This document shows, in pieces, positions 25,337 through 34,964 of a DNA stretch of 56,619 nt. The stretch lies in contig JBBIRM010000004.1 in assembly GCA_037441765.1 (NCBI GenBank), positions 1 through 56,619 of the forward strand. Direction: 5' to 3'. Source of the stretch: Deltaproteobacteria bacterium. GTDB lineage: Bacteria; Desulfobacterota; BSN033; UBA1163. Both the position numbers and the translations under genes were made by a program. The notes below the pieces were generated by a model. The model was not told the DNA's origin. It ran no database searches and saw nothing but the letters and a program-made list of their open reading frames with translations. How positions within the stretch are numbered: the stretch's first letter is position 1; each line of letters begins with the position of its first letter.

Positions 25337-25365
25337 TTGAAAAGGACTCAACTTTTTCTTATAAT
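25337..25365 (+). promoter_or_regulatory. sigma70-type promoter of the rhomboid gene
   Basis: TTGAAA (25337-25342), a 17-nt spacer, then TATAAT (25360-25365). An AAAGGAG RBS lies before the ATG at 25386. Confidence 0.6.
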
Positions 25366-25385
25366 CACCAAAGGAGAAAATCCTT

Positions 25386-26357
25386 ATGATTCCCATAAGG
25401 GATGCTATACGCTCAAAAAACTTTCCCATTGTCAATCTGCTGATTATTGTGCTCAATATTATCGTCTTCTTTTGGGAACTCCTGCAGGGTCCTCATTTAA
25501 AAGAGGCTCTTTTTCTTTATGGAATTGTCCCAATGCGATACTCAGATCCAGAAATCGCTATCCAATTTACAAGGGTTGAGCAATGGCTTCCTTTTTTGAC
25601 TTCGATGTTTCTTCACGGAGGATTCCTTCATATCCTTGGAAATATGTGGTTTCTCTATATTTTTGGAGATAATATTGAAGATAGACTCGGCCATATTCGT
25701 TACCTCTTTTTTTATCTCCTCTGCGGAGTCGCTGCGGGCTTGGTTCATCTCCTTACAAATTGGGGATCGGAAATACCCACCATTGGAGCCAGTGGAGCCA
25801 TATCGGGGGTGATGGGGGCATATCTTCTTCTTTATCCCCATTCCAAAATCTTGACTTTGATCCCTATCTTTTTCTTTTTTCAATTTATTGAACTTCCTGC
25901 TTTTATCTTTCTGGGTTATTGGCTTTTGATCCAACTCTTTTCTGCAAGCCTTACCCCGAAAAACGTTGGAGGGATTGCCTTCTGGGCACATATTGGGGGA
26001 TTTGTTGCAGGCCTCCTCTTTGTAAAAATCTTTGACTGGACTCCAAGAATAGGTCTTGATGCAGGACTTCGCCATTACACAGAAAGGAAGAAAACCCCTC
26101 TCCTTCAAACTATCCTCCCACAACTTCTACCTGAGGAATTGGATGTTTATGGAATTCTAAGGCTTACCCACAGGGAAGCCTTCTATGGCACGAAAAAACT
26201 AATCGCCATCCCTCAGGGATTGAAAAAGAGAAACATCATTGTAACTGTTCCTCCTGGGGTGGAGGAGGGAACTCGTTTGCGATTAAGGGGGTTAGGTCGA
26301 ACTGATGAGTATGGAAATCGGGGAGATCTATATCTTGAAATTAGAATTCTTGATTAA
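25386..26357 (+). CDS. rhomboid-family intramembrane serine protease fused to a DnaJ-C-terminal-like domain
   Basis: Rhomboid motifs HGGFLHILGNM, GASGAISGVMGAY (catalytic Ser) and AHIGGFVAG (catalytic His). The C-terminal ~75 aa DVYGILRLTHREAFYGTKKLIAIP...VTVPPGVEEGTRLRLRGLG...GDLYLEIRI resemble DnaJ/CbpA CTD. Confidence 0.8.
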   Translation: MIPIRDAIRSKNFPIVNLLIIVLNIIVFFWELLQGPHLKEALFLYGIVPMRYSDPEIAIQFTRVEQWLPFLTSMFLHGGFLHILGNMWFLYIFGDNIEDRLGHIRYLFFYLLCGVAAGLVHLLTNWGSEIPTIGASGAISGVMGAYLLLYPHSKILTLIPIFFFFQFIELPAFIFLGYWLLIQLFSASLTPKNVGGIAFWAHIGGFVAGLLFVKIFDWTPRIGLDAGLRHYTERKKTPLLQTILPQLLPEELDVYGILRLTHREAFYGTKKLIAIPQGLKKRNIIVTVPPGVEEGTRLRLRGLGRTDEYGNRGDLYLEIRILD

Positions 26358-27646
26358 GATAAATTAGACAATCCTTCCCTTTTCTCTGTTGCCATTTTGA
26401 ATCTTTTAGGACCAGCCCACCAGATATTTAAGCAAGAAAGGAATGCACAAAGGATAGCAATGATAAAAACAGGAATATAGTTTCCAAACTTATCATGGAG
26501 AAAACCCGCAAACCAAGCCCCAAAGGCTCCTCCTATTCCTATGAAGAATACATGAAGCCCAAAGATTCCTCCATAACCTTTTCCTTCAAAAAAATCAGCG
26601 GTGATGAGCGGAGGAAGTGCTGCATGAACAGCATATCCCATCCCGAAGAAGAAAGCATAAAGGTAAGGAAAGGCTGGCGAAGGCAAAAAACTGAAAAGGA
26701 TGAGCCATAGGATTCCAAGAATAGTACAAGTGATGCCCATTGTATAGGTAACTTCTCTTCCAATTCTATCTGAAAGAGTCCCCCAGAGGATTTTCCCACC
26801 CAGGCTCACAATCCCTATCATCCCGACAAGATAGGATGCTAAGAGAGCATTTAAACCGTAATCTACAAAAAAAGCTACTTGATGGGTGAATAGGGCCTGA
26901 GTAATGAGATTGGCCATAAAGAAGGAAAAACCTAATAACCAAAAGACCCTCGTCCTAATAGCTTTGGCTATGGTCCATGGTTGAGTGGGCCACCTCACAT
27001 GGGTTTTCAAAGGGTTCTTCCCATTTCTATGAGAAATTTCCATCTCTGAAATTTTGGAGGAAGGAGGTTGTGGTCTACTTAGAAGGATAATTGCCATGGA
27101 AATCACAATTAGGGGAATAAAAATGGCCATGATCCTATAGGCTACCCGCCATCCAAATTGAAGTATGAGGTATTGAGCAGATGGAACACATATTAGAATC
27201 CCAATTCCCACTCCTGCTGAGATAATCCCAATGGCCAATCCCCTCTTCTCTTTAAACCAATTCTGGACAATGACCACATTGGGCAACCACCCCGTTGTCC
27301 CCAATCCTAAGGCAGTAATACAACTAAAGAAGAGATAGAATTGCCACCATGTCTGGGTTAGGCTCGATAGGGCAAGTCCCATCCCCAATATTACCATTCC
27401 TCCAATCATCACCTTTTTGGGGTGAGTATAAGAGAGCATCTTTCCAATAAAGGGGGCTAACAGACTGTTGATAATCATAAACAGCGAGAAGGCCCCAGCC
27501 CCAGTGGCCCGATTCCAACCGAATTCCTTCAATAGAGCAACAAAAAAAACAGAAAAAGAGTAATAGACTCCATAGACCAATGCGAGTGTGACAAAACTGA
27601 ACCCGACGATAAACCATCCGAATTGAGTGGTATAAGTTTTTTCCAT
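26354..27646 (-). CDS. MFS transporter (oxalate/formate-antiporter-like)
   Basis: 430 aa with about 12 TM segments and MFS loop motifs. It is convergent with the rhomboid gene and overlaps it by 4 nt. Confidence 0.75.
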   Translation of the reverse strand: MEKTYTTQFGWFIVGFSFVTLALVYGVYYSFSVFFVALLKEFGWNRATGAGAFSLFMIINSLLAPFIGKMLSYTHPKKVMIGGMVILGMGLALSSLTQTWWQFYLFFSCITALGLGTTGWLPNVVIVQNWFKEKRGLAIGIISAGVGIGILICVPSAQYLILQFGWRVAYRIMAIFIPLIVISMAIILLSRPQPPSSKISEMEISHRNGKNPLKTHVRWPTQPWTIAKAIRTRVFWLLGFSFFMANLITQALFTHQVAFFVDYGLNALLASYLVGMIGIVSLGGKILWGTLSDRIGREVTYTMGITCTILGILWLILFSFLPSPAFPYLYAFFFGMGYAVHAALPPLITADFFEGKGYGGIFGLHVFFIGIGGAFGAWFAGFLHDKFGNYIPVFIIAILCAFLSCLNIWWAGPKRFKMATEKREGLSNLS

Positions 27647-27807
27647 ATAACGTTTCTATCTACTATTTAAGAAATTATTGAAGAGAAATCAAACTAAGAA
27701 AATGAGTTGAAATCGCTTAGAAAAATTGTTAACTTTATCTCGTTTAATTCTAAGATGAAACTAAAGGAAATGGTTAATTTTAATAAGAGAAGGAAGATCA
27801 AAAAAAG

Positions 27808-29238
27808 ATGAACCCAAATCAAAAGAAAAAAGATGATATCTCCCTTTTTTTCGAACCTCGTAGTATTGGTGTTGTTGGATCGTTAAGGGAAGGTTACTTC
27901 GGTGGTTATGTGGTCATAAAAAGTCTATTAAATTCTGGTTTTTCAGGAGAAATTTATCCTATCAATCCTTCCTACCGAGAAGTCCTTGGGCTTAAAGTTT
28001 ATCCTTCTATTAAAGAAATCCAAGGGAAGATTGATTTAGTTCTCATCATGGTAAACAGACGTTCCGTTCCTAATATCCTCAGAGAATGTGCAATGAAGGG
28101 AATTAAGTCAGCGATTGTTGTCGCAGATGGTTTTGCTGAAAGGGATGAGGAAGGTGCCAAGCTCCAGGAGGAGATGGTCAACCTCGCCAGGGAGGCAGGC
28201 ATTCGAATCATTGGCCCAAATACTGCTGGTATTGTCAATACAGCCAATGGTCTAATGCCCCTACCCTATGAAACAGGATATGAAAGAATAAAACCTGGCT
28301 CAATTGCGGTTTGTGCCCAGACAGGCATGATAAACCCTCAAGCCTTTCCTTATGCAGATCTTTCCTATGGACTGAGTAAAATATGTGATTTTGGCAATAA
28401 ATGTGATGTGGATGAAGTAGATCTTCTGGAATACCTTGAAGAGGACCCAGTCACCAATGTCATCACTATGTATCTGGAGAGCATCCGAGATGGGAAGAGG
28501 TTTTTAGAGGCCTCAAAAAGGGTGACCCGTAAAAAGCCTGTGTTGATTTTAAAATCTGGCAGAACACAAGAGGGTGCAAGGGCTTCAGCCTCTCACACAG
28601 GGGCTCTGGCCATCGATGACCAAATTTTTACCGCCGCCTGCAAACAAGCAGGCGTTATCCGACTGGAAAGGTTCAGTGAACTTTTTGAAATTCCAAAAAT
28701 TTTTTCACTCCAACCCCTGCCCAAAGGAAATCGATTGGGGATTGTATCCTTTACCGGAGGGGTTGGGGTTTTGGCGATTGATGAGTCTAAAAAGTATGGG
28801 CTCTCCCTGGGTAATCTATCTTCTCAAACACTTAAGAAATTGAATGGAATCTTCCCGGGTCTGGGTAAAACGATTGTGGACCTCGGCCCACCCATGGCGG
28901 TGAATAATTATATGGCCATCTATGGGGATGTAGTAAAAACCGTTTTAAATGATCATCGCATCGACTCTATTTTAAATATCCTCTGGGTAAGTCCTTTTAA
29001 AGAATTTGTAGAGGAGTATCTGAAATTCTATGGAGAATTGAAGGAGGCTCATAAGAAGACAATCGCTACCTGGATTTACGGGCCAAGCATCCCCTTAATC
29101 CATCAATTGTCAAAGGGTTTGGAGGAATTGGGTTTTCCCGTATTTTCAGAAATTGAAACGGCCATTAAAGCACTTGGCGTTGCCTTTCAATATTCTTCAA
29201 TCAAGAAGGGAGGAGGGCTATGGGAAAATTCCCTATAA
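27808..29238 (+). CDS. ADP-forming acetyl-CoA synthetase, alpha (CoA-binding/ligase-CoA) subunit
   Basis: CoA-binding N-terminus PRSIGVVGS and the phosphohistidine-region motif ASASHTGALA. Confidence 0.8.
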   Translation: MNPNQKKKDDISLFFEPRSIGVVGSLREGYFGGYVVIKSLLNSGFSGEIYPINPSYREVLGLKVYPSIKEIQGKIDLVLIMVNRRSVPNILRECAMKGIKSAIVVADGFAERDEEGAKLQEEMVNLAREAGIRIIGPNTAGIVNTANGLMPLPYETGYERIKPGSIAVCAQTGMINPQAFPYADLSYGLSKICDFGNKCDVDEVDLLEYLEEDPVTNVITMYLESIRDGKRFLEASKRVTRKKPVLILKSGRTQEGARASASHTGALAIDDQIFTAACKQAGVIRLERFSELFEIPKIFSLQPLPKGNRLGIVSFTGGVGVLAIDESKKYGLSLGNLSSQTLKKLNGIFPGLGKTIVDLGPPMAVNNYMAIYGDVVKTVLNDHRIDSILNILWVSPFKEFVEEYLKFYGELKEAHKKTIATWIYGPSIPLIHQLSKGLEELGFPVFSEIETAIKALGVAFQYSSIKKGGGLWENSL

Positions 29239-29966
29239 AGAGAAAGGAAGATGGAAGGATTTTTTTGCCTGAATATGAGTCAAAAATAATCCTTAAAAAG
29301 TTTGGTATTCCAGTAGTCGAAACCCGATTGGCAAAGGACAGAGAAGAAGCACTCTCCATCAGTAAAAGGGTTGGGTTCCCAGTTGTTTTAAAAATAGCCT
29401 CCCCTGATATCATCCATAAGAGTGAATCTGGAGGGGTGAAATTGGGTTTGAAAAACCCGGAAGATGTTAAGAAGGCTTACAATGAAATGATGAGAAATAT
29501 CCGTCGCCAATATCCAAAGGCTTATCTTCAGGGCGTCACCGTTCAAAAAATGGCAAAGCCTGGGGTTGAAGTCATAGTGGGTATTAGTAAAGATCCCCAA
29601 TTTGGCCCTGTGATCATGTTTGGTCTTGGAGGTATTTTTGTAGAAGTCCTTAAGGATGTCTCCTTTAGAATTATCCCCATTGATAGAAAGGATGCTCTGG
29701 AGATGATTCAGGAGATAAAAGGTTATCCCTTGCTTCAAGGATATCGAGATAAAGAGCCTGTAAAAATTTCTAATCTTGTCAATCTCCTTCTCAAGATCTC
29801 TAAGGTGGTGGAGAGAAATCTTGGGATTGAAGAATTAGAATTAAATCCTGTTATTGCATATAAGGAAAGCCTGACTGCAGTGGATGCAAGAATGGTCGTG
29901 GCCAACTCAGATATCGTTTCTTCCTTCTTTTCAGATAAACGGAAGCCTATAAGAGGCTTGATTTAG
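29220..29966 (+). CDS. ADP-forming acetyl-CoA synthetase, beta (ATP-grasp) subunit
   Basis: ATP-grasp_5 pattern LPEYESKIILKKFGIPV...GFPVVLKIASPDIIHKSESGGV. It overlaps the alpha gene by 19 nt. Confidence 0.8.
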   Translation: MGKFPIKRKEDGRIFLPEYESKIILKKFGIPVVETRLAKDREEALSISKRVGFPVVLKIASPDIIHKSESGGVKLGLKNPEDVKKAYNEMMRNIRRQYPKAYLQGVTVQKMAKPGVEVIVGISKDPQFGPVIMFGLGGIFVEVLKDVSFRIIPIDRKDALEMIQEIKGYPLLQGYRDKEPVKISNLVNLLLKISKVVERNLGIEELELNPVIAYKESLTAVDARMVVANSDIVSSFFSDKRKPIRGLI

Positions 29967-30025
29967 AAGGATAGAAATTTTATAATGCCTTCGACCAAAA
30001 AGGGGGTCCCCCAAAAGGGCATCCT

Positions 30026-30286
30026 ATGAAAAATAAGATACCCGAGCAAGTTTTGAAGGAAATTTTTCAAAAAAAACTGAAGAGGGATTACCTCTGTGGC
30101 GATGTTTACAAGAGACTTAAAAGGAAGATTCTTTCTGGGAAATTGAAAAAGGGTGATCGCCTGATACAGGAAAAACTTGCCCTCCAATTCAATGTGAGCA
30201 GGCAAACCATTCGAACTGTATTACAAAAATTAAGAAAAGAGAAATTAATCGTATGGAAATATAGAGAAGGGGCATTTGTTAATTAA
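30026..30286 (+). CDS. short GntR-type winged-HTH protein (no effector domain)
   Basis: GDRLIQEKLALQFNVSRQTIRTVLQKLRKEKLI is the GntR wHTH. Only 86 aa. Confidence 0.65.
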   Translation: MKNKIPEQVLKEIFQKKLKRDYLCGDVYKRLKRKILSGKLKKGDRLIQEKLALQFNVSRQTIRTVLQKLRKEKLIVWKYREGAFVN

Positions 30287-30336
30287 AGGAACCCCTTTCT
30301 TTACCATTCTCATTCCCTTAAAATTTACTTTTGATA

Positions 30337-30825
30337 TTACCCAATGGGTGACTCCCCATCTTCTCCCCTTCTATAGTAATCGGATACTAACGGTATCAAC
30401 TTTTTTATCCTCTCGCTGGACTCGAATTGTTTTTCCTTTTCCAGATATTCTGAAACGGCCTCAAGAAAGACTTGGACTGTTGCAGGGGGGCAGTGAAGTT
30501 TTACTGAAGGTATCTCTCCTAAATGACTTTCAATGATGTGAATCAGCCTCTGGATGACCTCGTTATCGTTTCCGGAGAGCAGTTGAGAAATCTCCCTTCC
30601 TTTAATTTGCTGGGTGAACACAGAGGCTGAGGCAATAGTCACCGCGCAACCGAAAGATAAAAATTTGGCATCCTCAATCACTCCCTCTCTAATCTTCAGG
30701 TAGAGCTTTGTAGTATCCCCGCATATTGGGTTGTCAATGCTCCCAAAGCCATCCGGGTTTTCGATCTCTCCAACGTTTTGGGGATGATAAAAATGCTCTC
30801 TTATCTGTTGAGAAAGTTCTAACAT
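30337..30825 (-). CDS. IscU/NifU-N-like iron-sulfur cluster scaffold with C-terminal extension
   Basis: Three scaffold cysteines in ICGD, FGCA and KLHCP contexts. No adjacent cysteine desulfurase gene. Confidence 0.75.
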   Translation of the reverse strand: MLELSQQIREHFYHPQNVGEIENPDGFGSIDNPICGDTTKLYLKIREGVIEDAKFLSFGCAVTIASASVFTQQIKGREISQLLSGNDNEVIQRLIHIIESHLGEIPSVKLHCPPATVQVFLEAVSEYLEKEKQFESSERIKKLIPLVSDYYRRGEDGESPIG

Positions 30826-30926
30826 TTATCCGTCTAAAACAACTCTATTTTTAAATAATGTCAAAAGAATAGTATACACAAAAACAGGGTTAAATTTTTT
30901 AGAAAATTCCATTCCACTCGCGTGGA

Positions 30927-31112
30927 TTAAGACAGAATCCCTAATAAAGCATGGACCGAAGCAGAAAAAAGTAGAAGGATTCCACTTTTTCTATGGGTTA
31001 GAAACGATACTTTAATCCACCGCATTCCAGTGCTAAGTTGAAAAAGGATTATCAGAAAATTGAATATACCGAGAATGAGGATAATCGGAACATCCCCTAT
31101 CATGTCTCCCAT
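30927..31112 (-). CDS. small 2-TM membrane protein with conserved-looking His residues
   Basis: 61 aa with two hydrophobic helices and His in LTHRKSG and SVHALLG. It starts 7 nt after the stop of the upstream SOR-like gene. Confidence 0.45.
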   Translation of the reverse strand: MGDMIGDVPIILILGIFNFLIILFQLSTGMRWIKVSFLTHRKSGILLLFSASVHALLGILS

Positions 31113-31119
31113 CTCCTTC

Positions 31120-31521
31120 CTAATCTTTCAAAAGAATTTTCACAATAGCAGGTCCTGCGCTTCCATGACGGTTACAATAAGCCTCTGCTCTTATCTCAGT
31201 CTCTTCATTTACGACATACTTAATCTCTTTGGTAAAGGTAGCCCCCTCGGGTCGGTTGCCTGAGGTATAATCCCATCTTGCCACTTCTTTACCATTGATG
31301 ATGATCTGGAGCCATTTTGTATAATGGAGAAAATTATTCCCATTGTGGGTAACAGTCACGCGAATGGTAATTTCAGAACCTTTTGCTACACTCTGAGGGA
31401 CCTCAATAGAGACTGCAGATTTGTTGGCAAATGCAGATCCCCAATATAAAATCATAAATACCAAAACCCCAAACAAAATAAGGCCGATCGTTTTTTTGCT
31501 CACCCTTACCTCCTGTATCAT
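31120..31521 (-). CDS. exported desulfoferrodoxin/neelaredoxin-fold (SOR-like) protein
   Basis: Sec signal with an AFA-N cleavage site. VTHNGNNFLHYTKWLQI and AYCNRHGS align by eye with the HP...EHHI and YCNxHGLW iron ligands of 1Fe-SOR. The first His ligand (KHVP) appears replaced (SIEVP). Confidence 0.55.
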   Translation of the reverse strand: MIQEVRVSKKTIGLILFGVLVFMILYWGSAFANKSAVSIEVPQSVAKGSEITIRVTVTHNGNNFLHYTKWLQIIINGKEVARWDYTSGNRPEGATFTKEIKYVVNEETEIRAEAYCNRHGSAGPAIVKILLKD

Positions 31522-31768
31522 ATTTTATTTAATTATTATGTGAAAAAAGGTTTCTCATTCCTACCTTCCCCCACTTCCGCGTGACCGATATAGTGTGGTT
31601 TTTTAAATTCATAGATTACAAAATTTAATATAACACCATAACTAAAAAACCTCAATTCCTTTAAAGTTTAGAAGGTATTCCTTAAAGGGTTAAGGTTAGC
31701 CAAGATGAGACTTCGCCATTATATTGAAAGAAGTAAATCCTTATGGTAAAAATAAAAAAAGAGGAAAA

Positions 31769-33460
31769 ATGTCTGTTTCTGAGAAATCATCTTCAACCGA
31801 CTTCATTCGTGAAATCATCGATGAGGATTTGAGAACAAACAAATATGGGGGACGTGTTGCCACACGTTTTCCCCCTGAACCCAATGGATATCTCCATATC
31901 GGACATGCAAAATCGATCTGTCTTAATTTTGGAATCGCCTCCCAGTATAAGGGCACCTGCAACCTCCGGATGGATGATACAGACCCGAGTGGTGAATCTC
32001 TTGAATATGTCAACTCAATTGTTGAGGATGTCCGCTGGTTAGGATTCGACTGGGGAGACAGGCTGTTTTTTGCCTCCGATTATTTTGAACAACTTTACCA
32101 ATTTGCCATCCAATTGATTAAGGCAGGTAAGGCCTATGTATGTAGTTTGAGTCAAGATGAAATAAGAGATTCCCGTGGTACCCTAAAGGAGCCCGGAAAA
32201 GAAAGTCCTTATCGAAATAGGTCTGTAGAGGAAAACCTCGACCTATTTAAACGGATGAGGGAAGGAGAATTCGAGGAGGGGACCCATGTCCTCCGTGCTA
32301 AAATCGATATGTCCTCTCCAAATCTCCTTATGCGAGACCCTGTTCTATACCGAATCAAACGAGTTCCTCACTATCGGACAGGGAACAAATGGTGTATCTA
32401 CCCCATGTATGACTTTGCCCATTGCCTTTCTGACTCTATAGAAAAGATCACACATTCCATCTGTACTCTGGAATTCGAAAATAACCGTCCCCTCTATGAC
32501 TGGATTCTTGATCAACTGGAGGTTGATTGCCATCCCAGACAGATTGAGTTTGCCCGTCTTAATCTTAGCTACACCGTTCTCAGCAAAAGGAGGCTTATTG
32601 AACTGGTCCAAAATGGAGTTGTTACGGGCTGGGATGACCCGAGAATGCCAACTATTGCTGGAATGAGGAGACGGGGGTATCCTCCTGAGGCAATTCGGAA
32701 CTTCTGTGCAAGGATTGGAGTGGCTAAGACACAGAATCTTGTAGATTTTTCTCTTCTTGAGCACTGTGTCCGTGAAGAGCTTAATGAACGAGCCCCGCGC
32801 GTTATGGGGATATTACGTCCTCTTCGACTGGTAATAGACAACTACCCCAAAGGGAAAGTTGAGGACTTTGAATGTCCCAATCATCCTAAGAATCCAAGGA
32901 TGGGATCGCGGAAAGTCCCTTTCTCAAAGGTACTATACATTGAACAGGATGACTTCCAAGAAAATCCACCCAAAAAATATAATCGCCTTGCTCCTGGCCG
33001 TGAAGTTCGTCTCAGACATTCTTATCTCATTAGATATGTCAGGATGGTCAAGGACGAAATGGGCAAAGTCGTTGAAGTGCATTGCATTTATGATCCAGAA
33101 ACACGAAATGGCCCTCCTCCAGATGGCCAGAAGGGGGAGGGAGTAATACATTGGGTTTCAGCAGACCATTCGATTCCTTGTGAGGTACGATTGTATGACA
33201 GGCTCTTTCTTATTCCTGATCCAGGAGGCCAAGAGGATGATTTTTTAAAATATCTCAACCCTAATTCACTTGAAGTCCTTACCTCTTCTCGTGTAGAACC
33301 AAGCTTAAAAGGCAAAACTCCGGGAAGCCAATTCCAATTCGAAAGGCTCGGTTACTTCTGTATCGACCCTGTTGACTCCTCCGACAATGTCCTCGTTTTC
33401 AACCGAACCGTAACGCTTAGAGACACATGGGCTAAAATCTCAGAGAAGGAAAAAAAGTAA
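31769..33460 (+). CDS. glnS: glutaminyl-tRNA synthetase
   Basis: HIGH motif [16 protein letters not shown] variant VLSKR, and GlnRS-specific C-terminal beta-barrels. The ATG at 31769 has a GAGGA RBS. The ORF track starts at 31724. Confidence 0.92.
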   Translation: MSVSEKSSSTDFIREIIDEDLRTNKYGGRVATRFPPEPNGYLHIGHAKSICLNFGIASQYKGTCNLRMDDTDPSGESLEYVNSIVEDVRWLGFDWGDRLFFASDYFEQLYQFAIQLIKAGKAYVCSLSQDEIRDSRGTLKEPGKESPYRNRSVEENLDLFKRMREGEFEEGTHVLRAKIDMSSPNLLMRDPVLYRIKRVPHYRTGNKWCIYPMYDFAHCLSDSIEKITHSICTLEFENNRPLYDWILDQLEVDCHPRQIEFARLNLSYTVLSKRRLIELVQNGVVTGWDDPRMPTIAGMRRRGYPPEAIRNFCARIGVAKTQNLVDFSLLEHCVREELNERAPRVMGILRPLRLVIDNYPKGKVEDFECPNHPKNPRMGSRKVPFSKVLYIEQDDFQENPPKKYNRLAPGREVRLRHSYLIRYVRMVKDEMGKVVEVHCIYDPETRNGPPPDGQKGEGVIHWVSADHSIPCEVRLYDRLFLIPDPGGQEDDFLKYLNPNSLEVLTSSRVEPSLKGKTPGSQFQFERLGYFCIDPVDSSDNVLVFNRTVTLRDTWAKISEKEKK

Positions 33461-33499
33461 CCCGTATATTCAAATAACCCCTCTTTTCCATTCAATCTA

Positions 33500-33573
33500 T
33501 GGCTGGGGGATGAGGATTCGAACCTCAATTCACGGAGTCAGAGTCCGTTGTCCTACCATTGAACGATCCCCCA
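33500..33573 (-). tRNA. tRNA-Gln (anticodon CUG), CCA encoded
   Basis: Reverse complement TGGGGGATCGTTCAATGGTAGGACAACGGACTCTGACTCCGTGAATTGAGGTTCGAATCCTCATCCCCCAGCCA. Acceptor stem TGGGGGA/TCCCCCA, anticodon stem ACGGA/TCCGT, loop CTCTGAC. Confidence 0.92.
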
Positions 33574-33586
33574 ACCTTACAGCAAT

Positions 33587-33672
33587 ATCTAAATCCGAAA
33601 AAAATTTAAATGACCAAATTCTAAATATAAACTAATGTTTTGAACATCTGATATTTGAATTTAGGATTTTTA
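33587..33672. repeat. AT-rich imperfect palindrome related to the 2731-2836 element
   Basis: ctaaatccgaaa ... tgaacatctg ... tttgaatttaggattt. The same three motifs occur in the same order in the tupA-tupB spacer. Confidence 0.45.
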
Positions 33673-33704
33673 TTTTAAAATAATACCATCAAGAATCCTC
33701 TTTT

Positions 33705-34964
33705 TCAATCTCCAAGGATTCTTTTCTTTAAAGTATTCAAAATATCCTGGAATGAGATCTCTTCTTGAGATTTGGTTTCCATGTTCCTCAATATTGCCTT
33801 TCCACGTTTTAATTCTTCTTCCCCGAGAATGAGGACATATCGAGCCTTCAATTTATCAGCTCTTCGCATCTGGCTTTTTAAACTCTTTCCACCATAATCC
33901 AATTCCACTCGGACCCCCTGAAGATGAAGTCTATTGGCCAATTGATAGGCTTCTTGATAGGCCCTCTCTCCCAATGCGGCGATGAAGAGAGGTAAATTGG
34001 GTCTTGCCCCTTTGTCTCTGGGTAATAGGGAAACCAATCTTTCCATTCCTACAGCAAATCCAATGCCTGGTATATCAAGCCCTCCGATCTCCTGAAAAAG
34101 ATTATCATATCGACCCCCACCCGTGACAGCGTTTTGGGAGCCCAATTGATTTGAGATCACTTCAAAAGTGGTCCTTGTATAATAATCCAAACCCCTGACC
34201 ATTGCAGGATTTATAATGAAATGGAGGCCTGCTATCTCAAGATACTTCTTTACCTTCTCAAAATGGTCCTGACATTGAGAACAGAGATAAATTATTACCT
34301 TGGGGGCCTCTCCAAGGGCCTCCTGACAGGTTTCGGTCTTGCAGTCAAAAACCCTGAGAGGATTGGTGGAAAGCCTTCGCTGACAATCCTCACAGAGTTT
34401 AAAGGACCTTCTTTCTAAATAATCTTTTAAAACCCCTCTGTATCGGGGCCTGCAATTCCTACAACCCAGGGAGTTAATTTGAAGTTCAAGTTTCTCAAGT
34501 CCCACCTCTTTTAAAAAATGCATAAGCATAGTGATGACTTCAGCATCCACTAAAGGATTCTCTACCCCGAAGACCTCTGCATCGATCTGATAAAACTGAC
34601 GGTATCGACCTTTCTGAGGTCTTTCATAACGGAACATCGGTCCGATGAAATAGAGTTTGGCCACCTTATCAAAGGCGTAGAGTTGGTGTTCTAAATAGGC
34701 CCTTGCCATTGAAGCGGTAGCCTCGGGTCGTAGGGTTAAAGAATTCCCACTTCGGTCAGTAAAAGTATACATCTCTTTCTCAACGATGTCCGTGGCTTCG
34801 CCAATACCCCGAGTGAAAAGTTCTGTCCGTTCAATGACAGGAATTCTAATCTCCGAAAAACCAAACCCTTCAAATATCTCCCTGGCAATCTTTTCAACAA
34901 ATTGCCACTTTCCAATTTCATCAGGAAGGATATCATTGAAACCGCGAATGGCCTTGATCTCCAT
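33705..34964 (-). CDS. hisS: histidyl-tRNA synthetase
   Basis: 419 aa with class II motifs (RGFNDILP, FRYERPQKGRYRQF, GGGRYD) and an anticodon-binding C-terminus. Confidence 0.93.
   Translation of the reverse strand: MEIKAIRGFNDILPDEIGKWQFVEKIAREIFEGFGFSEIRIPVIERTELFTRGIGEATDIVEKEMYTFTDRSGNSLTLRPEATASMARAYLEHQLYAFDKVAKLYFIGPMFRYERPQKGRYRQFYQIDAEVFGVENPLVDAEVITMLMHFLKEVGLEKLELQINSLGCRNCRPRYRGVLKDYLERRSFKLCEDCQRRLSTNPLRVFDCKTETCQEALGEAPKVIIYLCSQCQDHFEKVKKYLEIAGLHFIINPAMVRGLDYYTRTTFEVISNQLGSQNAVTGGGRYDNLFQEIGGLDIPGIGFAVGMERLVSLLPRDKGARPNLPLFIAALGERAYQEAYQLANRLHLQGVRVELDYGGKSLKSQMRRADKLKARYVLILGEEELKRGKAILRNMETKSQEEISFQDILNTLKKRILGD

Noticed and set aside
25337-25579. An 80-aa ORF overlapping the promoter and 5' part of the rhomboid gene.
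   Set aside because: It is out of frame with a well-supported gene. It starts inside the predicted -35 hexamer and has no RBS.
29963-30205. An 80-aa minus-strand ORF opposite the short GntR gene.
   Set aside because: The + strand frame carries a clear GntR wHTH, whereas the antisense frame has no features.
31724-31768. N-terminal extensions proposed by the ORF track for glnS (31724), uppP (36552), groES (44562), groEL (44895), the LivK-like SBP (19551) and the RdhA-like gene (15495).
   Set aside because: In each case an internal ATG preceded by a well-spaced Shine-Dalgarno gives the canonical protein N-terminus. The upstream codons lack an RBS or abut one.
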